64,000 bases of DNA from Candidatus Enterousia sp. (GCA_045613925.1 JAZLBV010000011.1:73632-137631); one strand, 5' to 3'. Shown: positions 1 through 11,636, counted from the stretch's first letter. Made by a program: numbers and translations. Notes: generated by a model not told the origin, from the sequence alone.

Positions 1-924
1 GTTAAAAAGGTAAAGTTATCTGGGGTGGGGATTCATTCTGGGGAAACTGTGAATATTACAGTGTTGCCTTCGAAAGATAAGGGAATTTTTTTTAAACGAA
101 TTGATATTGATAATTCGGAACTTATACCGGCTAGTTTTGATAATGTTGGTGAAGCTAAGATGCGAAACACCACAATTGGTAATCTTAAAGGTGCATATGT
201 TCAAACCATAGAGCATTTAATGGCGGCTTTGTTTGTGCTGGGTATAGATAGTGCAATTATTGAAATAGATGGAAATGAAACACCTATATTAGATGGCAGT
301 GCGTATGAATTTATTCAAGGCTTGCAAAAAGTTGTTGGGCCAAAAACAAAGATGAAAAAGATAATTGTAAAAAAGACTGTTGTTGCGCGTCGTAATGAAT
401 TGACGAAGCAATTGCCGTTTTTTAAGCGAATTAAAACTATGTTTTTGAATTTGACGATTTGGCGCAAAGGAAATGGGTTTGTAAAATTATCGCCTAATAA
501 AGATGGATTAAAGATAGATGCAACGTTGGTGTATCCTGAAAAAATTATAGGAAGTCAAAGTTTTTCTTGTTTTTTAGATGGTAGTGAAAAAACAAAAGAC
601 ATTTTTATTAATGATATATCAAAATCGCGCACGTTTGGAAAATATTCTGAATGGGAGTGGTTAAAAAAGCACGGTATGGCGCGTGGTGCAAATGAACATA
701 ATATTATCGCTTTAAATGATGCTGGGGATGGAACGTTGAATAATTTGCTTTATCCTGATGAATTTGTGCGGCATAAAATTATAGATGCTGTGGGTGATAT
801 GTTTACAAGTTCAGGGTTTGTTTATGGGACACTTGAATCCGTAAAGGGGTCGCACGCATTAAATAATTTGGTTTTACGTAAATTGTTCAGTGATAAATCT
901 AATTATGAAATAAAGGAGGAATAA
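1..924 (+). CDS. lpxC: UDP-3-O-acyl-N-acetylglucosamine deacetylase LpxC (5-prime partial; ORF runs off window start)
   Basis: Reading frame open from nt 1 (VKKVKLSGVGIHSGE...). LpxC-like motifs: HxxAA(L)xxLGID, FVRHKxxDAxGD, GxxKxGHALNN. Confidence 0.85.
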   Translation, partial: VKKVKLSGVGIHSGETVNITVLPSKDKGIFFKRIDIDNSELIPASFDNVGEAKMRNTTIGNLKGAYVQTIEHLMAALFVLGIDSAIIEIDGNETPILDGSAYEFIQGLQKVVGPKTKMKKIIVKKTVVARRNELTKQLPFFKRIKTMFLNLTIWRKGNGFVKLSPNKDGLKIDATLVYPEKIIGSQSFSCFLDGSEKTKDIFINDISKSRTFGKYSEWEWLKKHGMARGANEHNIIALNDAGDGTLNNLLYPDEFVRHKIIDAVGDMFTSSGFVYGTLESVKGSHALNNLVLRKLFSDKSNYEIKEE

Positions 925-925
925 T

Positions 926-1240
926 ATGAAAAAATTAATGTTGTTGTGTTTAATGGGTTTGGTGTGTGGTTGTGCAGAATCTACAAAAGAAGGTACTGGT
1001 TTGACTAGATTGACTGCAGAACCAACAAATTGCGAATTTTTATATACGATTGATTCATCTGTGTCTTCGTATAAATTGGCGGATGCGTATGAATTTTTAG
1101 AAACAAGAATTCTTGAAGAAAAAGGTTTTGGGGATTCTTATTATGTTTCTATGGAAGATAGTGTGAAAAATCCTGGGGCTATATTTGGTCCAAAAAACAC
1201 ATATAAACTGAAAGCGAAAGTATATAAATGCAAAAATTAA
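926..1240 (+). CDS. small probable lipoprotein (104 aa), function unknown
   Basis: N-terminal hydrophobic signal with Cys pair (LVCGCAES). The ATG sits 2 nt after the lpxC stop. Confidence 0.45.
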   Translation: MKKLMLLCLMGLVCGCAESTKEGTGLTRLTAEPTNCEFLYTIDSSVSSYKLADAYEFLETRILEEKGFGDSYYVSMEDSVKNPGAIFGPKNTYKLKAKVYKCKN

Positions 1241-1331
1241 AACAAAGTCATAAAATATAAGTTTTTATTATAAATTTCGGCTTTATTTTTTTTGTGCGTT
1301 TGTGTTATAATGTGTTCAAACAGAGAGAGAA

Positions 1332-2588
1332 TTGATAAAACAAGTAATAACTATTCAGCGTAGAAAGTTTGCAACTGGGCTGTTTTGGCAGCCCGTGACT
1401 GCTGGTGTTAATCCGTATGTATATGCCAGACAATTGTCTGAAAAAGGGGCTAAAAAATATACATTATTTGTAGAATATAAATCTATGGTTGGTTTGGGGA
1501 ATTCGCATGATGGTATTCGTTCTGGGATGCCTAGTGCGGCGGCTATGGTGACAAGTGCGTTGGCTGGATTTATATCTTTCTTGGGTGTGTTTCAGGTTGA
1601 TGGTTATTTTTATCTGGTTGCTGCACGTAATGACGTTATTATTCGTGATATTTTGATTGAATCAGAAGTAGAAGCCCGTAAAATTTATGCTGAATTGTCC
1701 AATATTCCAGATTGGGGGGCATTGTTTGCACCTGCATCGTGGGGTATGCCTAGATCACAAGAAAAATTTTTATCTGATTTGTTGGTAAATGGGGCTATTG
1801 AAAAACTTCGTCAAATCAGTATGACAAAATCAATTATGTTGTCTATAGGTTTGGGTGTTGGATTTTTAGCTGTTTTGGGTGGTTTTTTATATTCACCTGT
1901 GATGGAAATGTTTTCGCCAAAAACCAAGATAGAAGTTAATTCTGAATTGATGGAAGAATATAAACGTCAGATAGAAGAAAAAAACAAAGAATTGGACAAA
2001 CAGTTTGAGATAGTAAAGAAAGAAATAAAACCGCTTGATTATCCATATAATCATTTACCAGATGTTGCAGAACGTGCAAGTCTTTGTTATAAGGCGATTG
2101 GTTTCATGATGCAGCCTGTTATGGGTTGGAATCAAAGAACTACTAGGTGTGATATGGATAGTGCGACTGTGGTATTTTATCGTGGTTTTGGAACACTGAA
2201 TGATTTTTATTCTATTGGTGGCGAGATATTGCCTGGGGGTATTGTTGATCAGATTTCTGATAATGAAATAAGTGTTCGGGTAAAATTGCCAGAATTAAAA
2301 ACGTATGCGTCTCTGGATGAACGAGATCAGGCAACGGTTATGCGTGATATAATTTCTATATTTCAACAGATAAATGTAAGTGGTTCTGTAAAGGTTTCTA
2401 ATATTACCGTGAAAAATGAAGATACCAGCGAGAAAGTTAATATGTTGGTTGTTAATGCAGCTTCCAAATTAATACCATCTGAATTTATGCAAATATTTGA
2501 TGGTTTTAATGGTGTATATATGCGGTCTGTCAAATGGGATGTGTCATCACGTTTGTGGAGCTATGATGTTGTTGTTTACACAAAATAA
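1332..2588 (+). CDS. bitopic inner-membrane assembly protein, GspL/PilO-like architecture (cytoplasmic domain, 1 TM, periplasmic domain)
   Basis: TTG start. Single TM IMLSIGLGVGFLAVLGGFLY near residue 205. It is the first gene of the operon carrying the GspE/GspF homologues. Size matches R64 PilO / GspL. Confidence 0.4.
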   Translation: MIKQVITIQRRKFATGLFWQPVTAGVNPYVYARQLSEKGAKKYTLFVEYKSMVGLGNSHDGIRSGMPSAAAMVTSALAGFISFLGVFQVDGYFYLVAARNDVIIRDILIESEVEARKIYAELSNIPDWGALFAPASWGMPRSQEKFLSDLLVNGAIEKLRQISMTKSIMLSIGLGVGFLAVLGGFLYSPVMEMFSPKTKIEVNSELMEEYKRQIEEKNKELDKQFEIVKKEIKPLDYPYNHLPDVAERASLCYKAIGFMMQPVMGWNQRTTRCDMDSATVVFYRGFGTLNDFYSIGGEILPGGIVDQISDNEISVRVKLPELKTYASLDERDQATVMRDIISIFQQINVSGSVKVSNITVKNEDTSEKVNMLVVNAASKLIPSEFMQIFDGFNGVYMRSVKWDVSSRLWSYDVVVYTK

Positions 2589-2599
2589 AAGGGTGAAAA

Positions 2600-3298
2600 A
2601 TGTTGAAAAAGTTGTGTTCAGTTTTATTTGTTAGTGTTCTTTCTTTTGGGGTTAATTTTTATGCATCTGCAGAAGATGATTTCTATGATATTATGGATGT
2701 TGAAGAAATTACCCAGGAAAATGCAGATGTTGTTTCTGCAGGGGCGTTGGAAGATTATCAAACAGAAGGTTCTTTGTTTGAAAGAATTACAAATCTTGAA
2801 CAGGACAAAGTTGTTATGCAGCTTGAAGCAGAACGCGCAAAAATGGATTTGGAATTAGATGAATTGAACGCCAAGAAAATGAAGATGCAGATGGAATTAG
2901 ATGAACTTTCTGGGCGTGCAGATCAAAAACAACAAGAGTTGGAATTGATTAATTCGCAATTGGCTGCTCAGACAGAGGAATTAAGACGCAAAGTTGAAGA
3001 ACTGGCAAATCGTGAATATCCCACAGTAGAAGTACCTGTTGTTAGACAAGAAGTTGTACAAGAGGTTCAAGAAACTAAACCTGTGGTGCAATCTATTTCT
3101 AAGAAATATGAATTGATAAATATTGTTGGTTTGGGTAATCAATTACAGGCGACAATCAAAGATTTATCTACGGGACAAAACAAACGTGTATCTGTGGGGA
3201 AAAAGGTTGATGGGTATACTGTGAAATCTATTTCTTTGAATGATGGTATTTTATTTGAAAAAGATGGTCGTTCTGAAAGTTTAAATACTGGGATATAA
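2600..3298 (+). CDS. PilP/GspC-like periplasmic protein (signal peptide, coiled coil, C-terminal beta domain)
   Basis: Signal peptide, then ELDEL-rich coiled coil. C-terminal YELINIVGLGNQLQATIKD...KSISLNDGILFEKDG is PilP-like. Paralogous C-domain at 16674..17246. Confidence 0.45.
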   Translation: MLKKLCSVLFVSVLSFGVNFYASAEDDFYDIMDVEEITQENADVVSAGALEDYQTEGSLFERITNLEQDKVVMQLEAERAKMDLELDELNAKKMKMQMELDELSGRADQKQQELELINSQLAAQTEELRRKVEELANREYPTVEVPVVRQEVVQEVQETKPVVQSISKKYELINIVGLGNQLQATIKDLSTGQNKRVSVGKKVDGYTVKSISLNDGILFEKDGRSESLNTGI

Positions 3299-3299
3299 T

Positions 3300-4928
3300 A
3301 TGCAAAGAAAGGAAAATGATTTTGTAGACGTGTCGAGGCAGCCATCTTTGCCGGCGCGCTTAGAGGGTGCAGCGGTTAAAGATATTTTGGGCTATTTGTT
3401 TTCAAATGATAACAAATTGTTGACTGCATCTGCTGGGGATTTTGCTTTGTCAAAAGATACCCAGGGTTTGTTAGCGTATTTTTCAGGTGGCGAGATTATA
3501 ATATCCAGAACACATCGTTATGATGGACGTGTGCTTGCGTTCTTGGATTTGTTGAAACAAGATAACAGACCTGTGAAAGAGCCATATTATTCTGATTTAG
3601 GTTTGATTTCTAATATTTATAAAACAAATGATGCAAAACTTGGCACCGATGCACATTCGCGTCTTGATTATGATAATCAGATGCAGAAAGATTTTGTTGA
3701 TATTATCGCAAGAGCTGCTGCGCAAAGGGTTTCTGACGTTCATATTGAAGTAGCTGATCAGACGACTATTTATTTCCGTATAGATGGTAGTATGCAGCCC
3801 GTGTTAGAATACAATTCGCAATGGGGTGAATCTTTTGTTCGTGCGGCGTTTGCATCGGCAGATATTTCTAATTCAAGTTATGCACAAAATGAATATCAAG
3901 CCGCACAGAAAGACGGCAGAACTCCTTTGCGTGGAACCAGGGATTTATATTTGCCTTCGTCAGTGTTGGGTATTCGTATGCAATTTAACCCGATTTCTTT
4001 TGGTAGCCAGTATTTGGTTTTGCGTTTGTTGTATGATAACCCAAGCGAAGGTATTAAAACAGAACAAGAATTTAATGATTATGAACAAAAATTATTGATG
4101 CGTTTGCGTTCTGCACCGACTGGGTTGGTTGTGGTTGCAGGACCTACGTCTTCTGGTAAGTCTACGACTTTGGTTCATAATATGGCATTGATGCTTAAAG
4201 AACATAGATACGAAATCAATCTTATTACTGTGGAAGATCCTGCAGAACAGAAGATTTTTGGTGCACGTCAATTCCCTGTGGTCAATGCTACAAACGAAGA
4301 ACAACGTGATGAAAAATTTACAGAAGCGTTGGCGGCATCTTTGCGAAGCGACCCTGATACGCTGATGGTGGGTGAGGTCAGAACATTATCTGCGGCTCAA
4401 TTGACGGTTAAGGGTGCTTTGTCTGGGCATAATGTGTGGACGACATTGCACGCGAACTCTGCTATGGGGGCTTTGACTCGTTTATTAGATATGGGTGTTG
4501 AAGCGTTTAAATTGAAAGACGAAACTATGATGCGTGGATTGATTTCTATGCGTTTGTTTAAAAAGCTTTGTCCGTATTGTCGTGAAAAGATTATTGATAG
4601 AACGGAACATCAATCTTATTCGCGTGTGAAAGAAGCGTTCGGAGATTTGGGTTTACAGCAAACGTATGTTCGTGGGCCAGGATGTGAACATTGCAAAGGC
4701 GCTGGAACAATTGGACGTATTAAAGCAGGTGAAATTATTGTAACTGATAGTGAATTTTTGCGCTTTGCTTTGGCTGGGGAAGCCGATTCTGCTTTGCGTT
4801 ATTGGCTTGAAAAACTGGATGGCAGAACGATGAAAGAGGCCGCAATTGAATTGATGCTGAAAGGTGTTATTGGGGTCGATGAAGTTGAACGTTGGGTTGG
4901 TTTATTAGACAGACCGTGGGTGTATTAA
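3300..4928 (+). CDS. GspE/PilB-family secretion/pilus assembly ATPase
   Basis: Walker A GPTSSGKST, Asp box, His box (TTLHANSA). C-terminal tetracysteine CPYC...CEHC. Start overlaps the previous stop. Confidence 0.85.
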   Translation: MQRKENDFVDVSRQPSLPARLEGAAVKDILGYLFSNDNKLLTASAGDFALSKDTQGLLAYFSGGEIIISRTHRYDGRVLAFLDLLKQDNRPVKEPYYSDLGLISNIYKTNDAKLGTDAHSRLDYDNQMQKDFVDIIARAAAQRVSDVHIEVADQTTIYFRIDGSMQPVLEYNSQWGESFVRAAFASADISNSSYAQNEYQAAQKDGRTPLRGTRDLYLPSSVLGIRMQFNPISFGSQYLVLRLLYDNPSEGIKTEQEFNDYEQKLLMRLRSAPTGLVVVAGPTSSGKSTTLVHNMALMLKEHRYEINLITVEDPAEQKIFGARQFPVVNATNEEQRDEKFTEALAASLRSDPDTLMVGEVRTLSAAQLTVKGALSGHNVWTTLHANSAMGALTRLLDMGVEAFKLKDETMMRGLISMRLFKKLCPYCREKIIDRTEHQSYSRVKEAFGDLGLQQTYVRGPGCEHCKGAGTIGRIKAGEIIVTDSEFLRFALAGEADSALRYWLEKLDGRTMKEAAIELMLKGVIGVDEVERWVGLLDRPWVY

Positions 4929-4930
4929 TT

Positions 4931-6001
4931 ATGACAAAATTAGATTTATGGTGGGCAAAATTTAGTTTTAGATTTGATACGCAAAAACGTATGGCGATAA
5001 GCAACAAGATTGCATCTCTTTTGCGTAATAATTTTACATTGATGGATGCTTTGCACAGAATTGAGATGCTGGAATCTAAAAATGGCAAAAAACCAGATGA
5101 GGCGTTCGCAATTGCTATGCGTGAAATACAGAAAAATATGGAACGTGGTATGAGTTTTTCTGAAGCAACACGTGGTTGGGTACCGGGTGAAGAGACGCTT
5201 TTGTTAATGTCAGGAAATATGTCTAATTTGTTGACGTCTTTGGAAAATATTTCGCGCGTTGTTGAAGGTGTTAGTCGTATTAAGCGTGCGATGGTATCGG
5301 CTTTGGCGTATCCGTTGTTTTTGTTTGCTTTGACAATTGGTATTATTGTTATGGTTGGTTTATATCTTGTTCCACCATTAACAGAAGCTGCGGGTACAGG
5401 TATTGAATGGAAAGGTAGTGCAAAATCGTTAATCATAGCGTCTGATTTCGCAAATAAATATCTGTACACTTTTCTTATAGTTGTTTGTGTGTTAATTCTT
5501 TTAATATGGATATCTTTGGCAAATTGGACTGGAAAACTGCGTGCAGTGTTTGATAAATATCCACCGTGGAGTATTTATAAATTACAGTTATCGGTCAGCT
5601 GGATGATGTCTTTGGCGGCTATGGTGTCGGCAGATGTGTCTGTGCCAGATGCTATGAAGATGTTGGCTGATAATTCTAATAGATATTTGGCCAGTATTTT
5701 AAATGAAGCTTTGCATTATATTTCAAACGGTGAAAACCTTGGGGATGCGTTGGCTTCAACTGGCAAGAATTTCCCAAGTGAAGAAATTATCGGAGATTTG
5801 GCGATTTATTCTGATATGAATGATTTTGATAAAAGTGTTAATAAAATTGCAAATGATTATATGGAAGATGCTGTACGTCGTATGGAAAGTATATCCAGTG
5901 CTATGAACGGTGCTGGGATGGCGTTGGTCACAATTGTTATGGGTTGGGTTGTTCTGGGAACCTTTGCAATGCAGGAACAAATAACAGCTACTTTGATGTA
6001 A
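4931..6001 (+). CDS. GspF/PilC-family inner-membrane platform protein
   Basis: Polytopic with two GspF-like repeats. ATG at 4931 is preferred over the overlapping upstream extension. Confidence 0.75.
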   Translation: MTKLDLWWAKFSFRFDTQKRMAISNKIASLLRNNFTLMDALHRIEMLESKNGKKPDEAFAIAMREIQKNMERGMSFSEATRGWVPGEETLLLMSGNMSNLLTSLENISRVVEGVSRIKRAMVSALAYPLFLFALTIGIIVMVGLYLVPPLTEAAGTGIEWKGSAKSLIIASDFANKYLYTFLIVVCVLILLIWISLANWTGKLRAVFDKYPPWSIYKLQLSVSWMMSLAAMVSADVSVPDAMKMLADNSNRYLASILNEALHYISNGENLGDALASTGKNFPSEEIIGDLAIYSDMNDFDKSVNKIANDYMEDAVRRMESISSAMNGAGMALVTIVMGWVVLGTFAMQEQITATLM

Positions 6002-6013
6002 TTAAAAAAACTT

Positions 6014-6048
6014 ATTAAAAAAACACCGATTTATTCGGTGTTTTTTTA
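6014..6048. terminator. bidirectional intrinsic terminator (ACACCG-loop-CGGTGT flanked by A/T runs)
   Basis: Hairpin 6023..6041 with A-run upstream and T-run downstream. Lies between convergent genes. Confidence 0.6.
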
Positions 6049-6618
6049 TTATGCCAAAAATGGCAGGTTTTCCACAGTTCCTTCGGTAACGCGGACATTC
6101 ACGTCAATCAACATAAATACTGAATCAGGTGTAAATTCAAAATTACACGGAAATACGTTGTCCATCAAAAGATGGCTGGTATTCACATTTAATTTTGTCA
6201 CCAAATGATCATCGTCCAACAGGGTGTATATAGGACCTATGTCGTGTGGGGTGTTTTGCCCAATTTCGTGTTCATTTTGTGGACAACGCAGACCATCAAG
6301 AATAGTTTTAACGCGATTATCTATATCAGAACGTGGCACACCAACAATTTCTGGGTGCATCAATAATATATCCAATTCGGCAATCATTTTTAGGTTTGGT
6401 GTAATAATTGGGTTCCAATCTATTCCGCCTATGTGCCGGGTTATGACAGGGCTTTTTACCGCGTCAGGAGTCATAAATCTTGTTAAATTATCCCAGGGCT
6501 TATATTTTAAGAGCTTTTTAAGCTGAGGATGGAATTGCATACGTATATCTGCAATATGTTGTGCACGTTTTTTTGGGTTGGTTAAAATATCACCGTAATA
6601 TAATAATTTAAATTTCAT
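6049..6618 (-). CDS. hypothetical protein (189 aa), no recognisable family
   Basis: Long ORF convergent with the platform gene. RBS-like AAAAAAGG before the start. Confidence 0.45.
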   Translation of the reverse strand: MKFKLLYYGDILTNPKKRAQHIADIRMQFHPQLKKLLKYKPWDNLTRFMTPDAVKSPVITRHIGGIDWNPIITPNLKMIAELDILLMHPEIVGVPRSDIDNRVKTILDGLRCPQNEHEIGQNTPHDIGPIYTLLDDDHLVTKLNVNTSHLLMDNVFPCNFEFTPDSVFMLIDVNVRVTEGTVENLPFLA

Positions 6619-6711
6619 TTTTTATGCCTTTTTTGCATTTTTGTCCGTTTTTCCTTGATAATTATAACATAAATTGCTATGTTTTGCATAGCAAAAAGAA
6701 AGGATTTTTAA

Positions 6712-9111
<2,400 letters not shown>

Positions 9112-9132
9112 CTATAAACCAAAGGAGGGGCT

Positions 9133-9408
9133 ATGTCGGATGGTTTTGATGAACACGTTGGTGTGAAAATTCAAACAGAACGTCCTTTTGCCGCAAAGGG
9201 TGATTTGTTGGCTGAGTTGTATCGGCAAAAATGTGAATCTTTACACAATCAAAATCGTTCGACATCCCCTGATAAAAATCATAATTTGAATTTGAAATTT
9301 GATGAAGCTAAAGAAAAAATTAAACAAGAAATAATATCATCTGATAAATCTTTGGATAATAGTATTATATATACAGCTATGGCCAATTTTAAGAAAAGAA
9401 AGGTGTGA
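9133..9408 (+). CDS. hypothetical small protein (91 aa)
   Basis: Strong RBS AAAGGAGGGG 6 nt upstream of the ATG. Confidence 0.4.
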   Translation: MSDGFDEHVGVKIQTERPFAAKGDLLAELYRQKCESLHNQNRSTSPDKNHNLNLKFDEAKEKIKQEIISSDKSLDNSIIYTAMANFKKRKV

Positions 9409-9409
9409 T

Positions 9410-10075
9410 ATGTTTTCAAAAATTTGGTTTAATGATTTAGATGCCAAATTGCGTGCCATGGGGCTTGATAGTGATGATAAAAGTTTTGATGAAATATGTG
9501 AAAATTTATCACATCCAAAAAAATTATCACCTGATGAATTTGCAAGTTGTGTTTCCTATGTGATTTTAGCGGGTGGATTTTCACAAAAAACTGCAAAAAA
9601 AATTCATAAAATATTAATGGAAAAAATCCCAGAAAATCAATGTATAGATGATTTATTGAAAATTTTTAATAATAAAAATAAAATCAATGCGATTGTAAAA
9701 ATATGGAATAATCGTGATAAATATTGTGATGGTTTTTATGCAATTAAAAATACAGATGATAAAATGAAATATCTGGGAACTTTGCCACATATCGGAAAAA
9801 TTACAGCAAATCATTTGGCGCGTAATCTGGGGGTTGATGTTGTAAAGTATGATATTTGGATTCAACGCTTAGGCGTTCTATATAGCGGAAATAGCGTGTT
9901 ATATAAAAAAATAGATAATGGAAATTTAAATCCAGAAATTAAAAAATATTGTGATGATATGTTTATGCATTTATGTAAAGAAACCGGTTTGCCACGGGGG
10001 TATATTGATGTGGTGCTTTGGAAAAGTTGTCAAAATGGTTTAATAGCGGGGTTGAAAGATGGATGTAAAAATTGA
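9410..10075 (+). CDS. HhH-GPD superfamily DNA-glycosylase-like protein (tentative)
   Basis: LPHIGKITANHLARNLGVDVVKYDIWIQR resembles the helix-hairpin-helix Gly/Pro-Asp loop of the Nth/AlkA family. Overlaps the ung start. Confidence 0.35.
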   Translation: MFSKIWFNDLDAKLRAMGLDSDDKSFDEICENLSHPKKLSPDEFASCVSYVILAGGFSQKTAKKIHKILMEKIPENQCIDDLLKIFNNKNKINAIVKIWNNRDKYCDGFYAIKNTDDKMKYLGTLPHIGKITANHLARNLGVDVVKYDIWIQRLGVLYSGNSVLYKKIDNGNLNPEIKKYCDDMFMHLCKETGLPRGYIDVVLWKSCQNGLIAGLKDGCKN

Positions 10076-10724
10076 ACAGTCTTGGAAAGATGCGCTAAGT
10101 CTTGAATTTGATAAAGATTATTTTAAAAATCTGACTGATTTTGTGCGGGGGGAATATTTATCTGGGAAAACTATTTATCCTGCTGCAAAAAACATTTTTA
10201 ATGCGTTCAATTTATGTCCACTTTCTGATGTGCGTGTTGTTATCATAGGTCAAGATCCGTATCACGAACCTGGTCAGGCGCACGGACTTTGTTTTTCTGT
10301 TGAATCTGGAACTGAATTGCCACCGTCATTAGTGAATATTTACAAAGAAATTGAATCTGATTTGGGACATAAAAGTATTACAAATGGTGATTTGTCTGCC
10401 TGGGCGAAACAGGGGGTGTTATTACTTAATGCCACATTAACTGTGCGGGCACACGCAGCGGCATCGCATGTGGGGCGTGGTTGGGAAACGTTTACTGATG
10501 CTGTTATTAAAACCATAGCACAAAATAAAAAACATGTTGTCTATATGCTTTGGGGATCGTTTGCGCAGAACAAGGCAGCAATTGTTGATAAAAATGAAAA
10601 CCTGGTTTTATGCAGTGCGCATCCATCTCCACTTTCTGCATATCGCGGATTTTTCGGTAATCATCATTTTTCAAAGGCTAATGAATATCTGGTGCAACAC
10701 GGTCAATCACCTATAGATTGGTGA
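10059..10724 (+). CDS. ung: uracil-DNA glycosylase
   Basis: GQDPYH water-activating loop, LLLN, HPSPLS motifs. Confidence 0.9.
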   Translation: MDVKIEQSWKDALSLEFDKDYFKNLTDFVRGEYLSGKTIYPAAKNIFNAFNLCPLSDVRVVIIGQDPYHEPGQAHGLCFSVESGTELPPSLVNIYKEIESDLGHKSITNGDLSAWAKQGVLLLNATLTVRAHAAASHVGRGWETFTDAVIKTIAQNKKHVVYMLWGSFAQNKAAIVDKNENLVLCSAHPSPLSAYRGFFGNHHFSKANEYLVQHGQSPIDW

Positions 10725-10728
10725 TTTT

Positions 10729-11304
10729 TTAATAATTATACGTAAATCCCAGACCATAAAACGCATAGGAATTATTTTGTTCTGCTGTGTTGGCGTTTGA
10801 GAAGTGTTGTATAAAGAATTCAGCCGCCCACTGCTTTGTAAAATTGTATCCCAATGTCACCTTGAACTGAAAGACCAATTTAGCACCCAAGCGCTCGTTT
10901 TCCCACGCCTGTAATCCAGCACCTGCGCCCATACCGGCATAAACGCGTTCATATCTGAACAGTGCGATATCTTCGGTTAAATAAATCATAGGGGTTGTAT
11001 AATCAGGCCAATCCCATCCGTATTTTTTGTAAATTCCGACCGTTTCAGATATGTTTATAGAACGACGGGCAGGAACCCTGAAAAAAGTCGTTGGTTGTGA
11101 ATATTGAAATGTGCCAATATAAAATGGAACAGGGCGTGTTGGTGGTGGTAATATCCAACCTGTATCAAAACCCTGACCGATTCCAAACGCAACTTGTTGC
11201 TGATATGTCCCCATAAAAGGGTTTTTGTCTGGTAAAATAATCTGATCCCCAAAAGATGTTATTGGGAATAAAACTAAACTTAAAAATATGATTAGCTGCT
11301 TCAT
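10729..11304 (-). CDS. outer-membrane beta-barrel protein, PagL-like lipid A deacylase candidate
   Basis: Signal peptide MKQLIIFLSLVLFPITSFG. C-terminal beta-strand pattern with an H-F-S-N motif (PagL His/Ser-like). Terminal aromatic residue. Confidence 0.45.
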   Translation of the reverse strand: MKQLIIFLSLVLFPITSFGDQIILPDKNPFMGTYQQQVAFGIGQGFDTGWILPPPTRPVPFYIGTFQYSQPTTFFRVPARRSINISETVGIYKKYGWDWPDYTTPMIYLTEDIALFRYERVYAGMGAGAGLQAWENERLGAKLVFQFKVTLGYNFTKQWAAEFFIQHFSNANTAEQNNSYAFYGLGFTYNY

Positions 11305-11361
11305 AAAGCTTAATTTTATCACAAAATTAGCCACAAGACAAATTGTTTTAAAGAAATATAG

Positions 11362-11389
11362 TTGCAAATTGGAAAAAGTTTGTTATAAT
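11362..11389 (+). promoter_or_regulatory. sigma70-type promoter for tRNA-Met (TTGCAA-16-TATAAT)
   Basis: -35 TTGCAA at 11362..11367 and -10 TATAAT at 11384..11389. The tRNA 5-prime end is at 11400. Confidence 0.55.
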
Positions 11390-11399
11390 GCCTTGCGCT

Positions 11400-11474
11400 G
11401 GCGGCGTAGCTCAGTGGTAGAGCAGAGGAATCATAATCCTTTGGTCAGGGGTCCGAATCCCTTCGCCGCTACCA
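11400..11474 (+). tRNA. tRNA-Met (anticodon CAU; elongator Met or Ile2-lysidine type)
   Basis: Cloverleaf: acceptor GGCGGCG/CGCCGCU, D-arm GCUC-AGUGGUA-GAGC, anticodon loop AUCAUAA, T-loop, 3-prime ACCA. Confidence 0.85.
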
Positions 11475-11483
11475 AAATTAAAA

Positions 11484-11509
11484 CCGGGTGTGCCCCGGTT
11501 TTGTTTTTT
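11484..11509 (+). terminator. intrinsic terminator after tRNA-Met
   Basis: CCGGGTGTGCCCCGG hairpin followed by TTTTGTTTTTT. Confidence 0.6.
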
Positions 11510-11636
11510 CTTGTTGTTTTCTTGTTTAATTTGTGGTATAATATGAAACATAGAAGCGGACGATTTTATCGGCCGTTTTTTTATTGCCTGCACAATTTTG
11601 TGTGGGCTTTTTTTTGTTATAACAAAAGGAGTTTTA

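Noticed and set aside
4892-4930. Upstream-extended starts from the ORF track (GspF at 4892, aspS at 17468, tsaE at 23778, rsmI at 40591, mltA at 54214, xth at 45356, PagL-like at 11367)
   Set aside because: The extensions overlap upstream genes or lack an RBS. Internal ATGs with RBS-like purine runs and family-typical N-termini were preferred.
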